A stretch of 64,000 nt of DNA. It comes from Psammoneis japonica. Taxonomy: Eukaryota. The stretch lies in contig QPGO01000188.1 in NCBI GenBank assembly GCA_008632985.1, forward strand, positions 1 to 64,000, read 5' to 3'. The notes under the pieces are model-generated. The model was not told where the DNA came from and did not search any database. It was given only the letters and a program-made list of their open reading frames with translations. How positions within the stretch are numbered: position 1 is the stretch's first letter; each line of letters begins with the position of its first letter. Both the position numbers and the translations under genes were made by a program. Below are positions 63,467 to 64,000 of the stretch, in pieces.

Positions 63467-64000
63467 TGGTGGCAGCAAAATGACCCTTGCAACCAAATGT
63501 TTCCTTGTGCTCCAGCTGGACATGAAGCAGACGGTTGGGTTCCACAGCAGCTCCGGTCTTGCCCTCTTCTAAATGCACAAGAACTGTTGGTTCTTTGTGA
63601 CACCTCGATTGCGTCCTCTGCCGTGGGCATGTCGTGAGGCACCGAAGTGTCCTCTGCCGTTGCATCACCAGCAGAAGCAGGGTCAGTCTCCGCCAGAGGA
63701 GGAGAGACAGGGGAGTCGTCGGCCAACACAGGTGATGTAGCGGCCTTGAGTGACGACAGAGTGTCCCGCCAAGAGGATGCCGTTTTTGAATGGGCGCTGT
63801 TGGCAGGGGCCATGGTGAGTGACAATGAAAATAAAATTCACTGTCGATCCACCACGCAGGGGCAGCATGTGTCGGATCTCTGTGGCATGTGCCAAGGGAG
63901 ATCGCGATGCACGCAGAAGGTGTGCTGATGCCCATGCAAGCAGCCGCAAAAACAAACAGCAATGGCGTGAATCAGCACCCGAGATGCAGACGTCGTTGTC

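Noticed and set aside
1..64000. Dense overlapping Cys/His-rich ORFs on all six frames as novel genes or metalloproteins
   Set aside because: Loss of TA removes TAA and TAG stops and turns Tyr into Cys/His, which inflates spurious ORFs.
1..64000. Alternative genetic code with Tyr reassigned
   Set aside because: Tyr is replaced inconsistently by Cys, His or Arg. Val, Leu and Met codons and non-coding DNA are changed as well.
1..64000. Classical RIP, CpG deamination or ADAR editing of retroelement RNA as the sole explanation
   Set aside because: C->T processes cannot remove TA. RNA editing would be strand-biased, limited to retroelements and shared by both LTRs. CpG decay is present but secondary.

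Overview
Eukaryotic repeat-dense DNA with no intact host gene. It is probably from a diatom, inferred from CoDi-type copia elements, an APE-RT-RNaseH LINE, helicase-associated repeats, and Sola- and Crypton-like elements. The window is a nested set of decayed transposons. It holds a full-length copia LTR element (11434-20410, 5-bp TSD) carrying a MITE, gag duplications and a TRIM, plus a duplicate of its 3' end (6852-9272). It also holds a Sola-type DNA transposon (26601-29219), eight MITEs (seven with 4-bp TSDs), a Crypton-like tyrosine-recombinase element (41793-45489), a full-length LINE (51830-60028, 18-bp TSD), other copia and LINE fragments, two satellites and a modular macro-repeat. The dominant signal is window-wide loss of TpA by TA->TG, TA->CA and sometimes TA->CG. 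Conserved Tyr codons have become Cys, His or Arg. Paired LTRs and MITE copies resolved the same TA in opposite ways, and a (CCCTAA)n-like tract now reads CCCTGA/CCCCAA. This looks like an A:T->G:C hypermutation process acting on genomic DNA, opposite in direction to fungal RIP. All counts and alignments were done by eye and family assignments come from motif recognition, not database searches.
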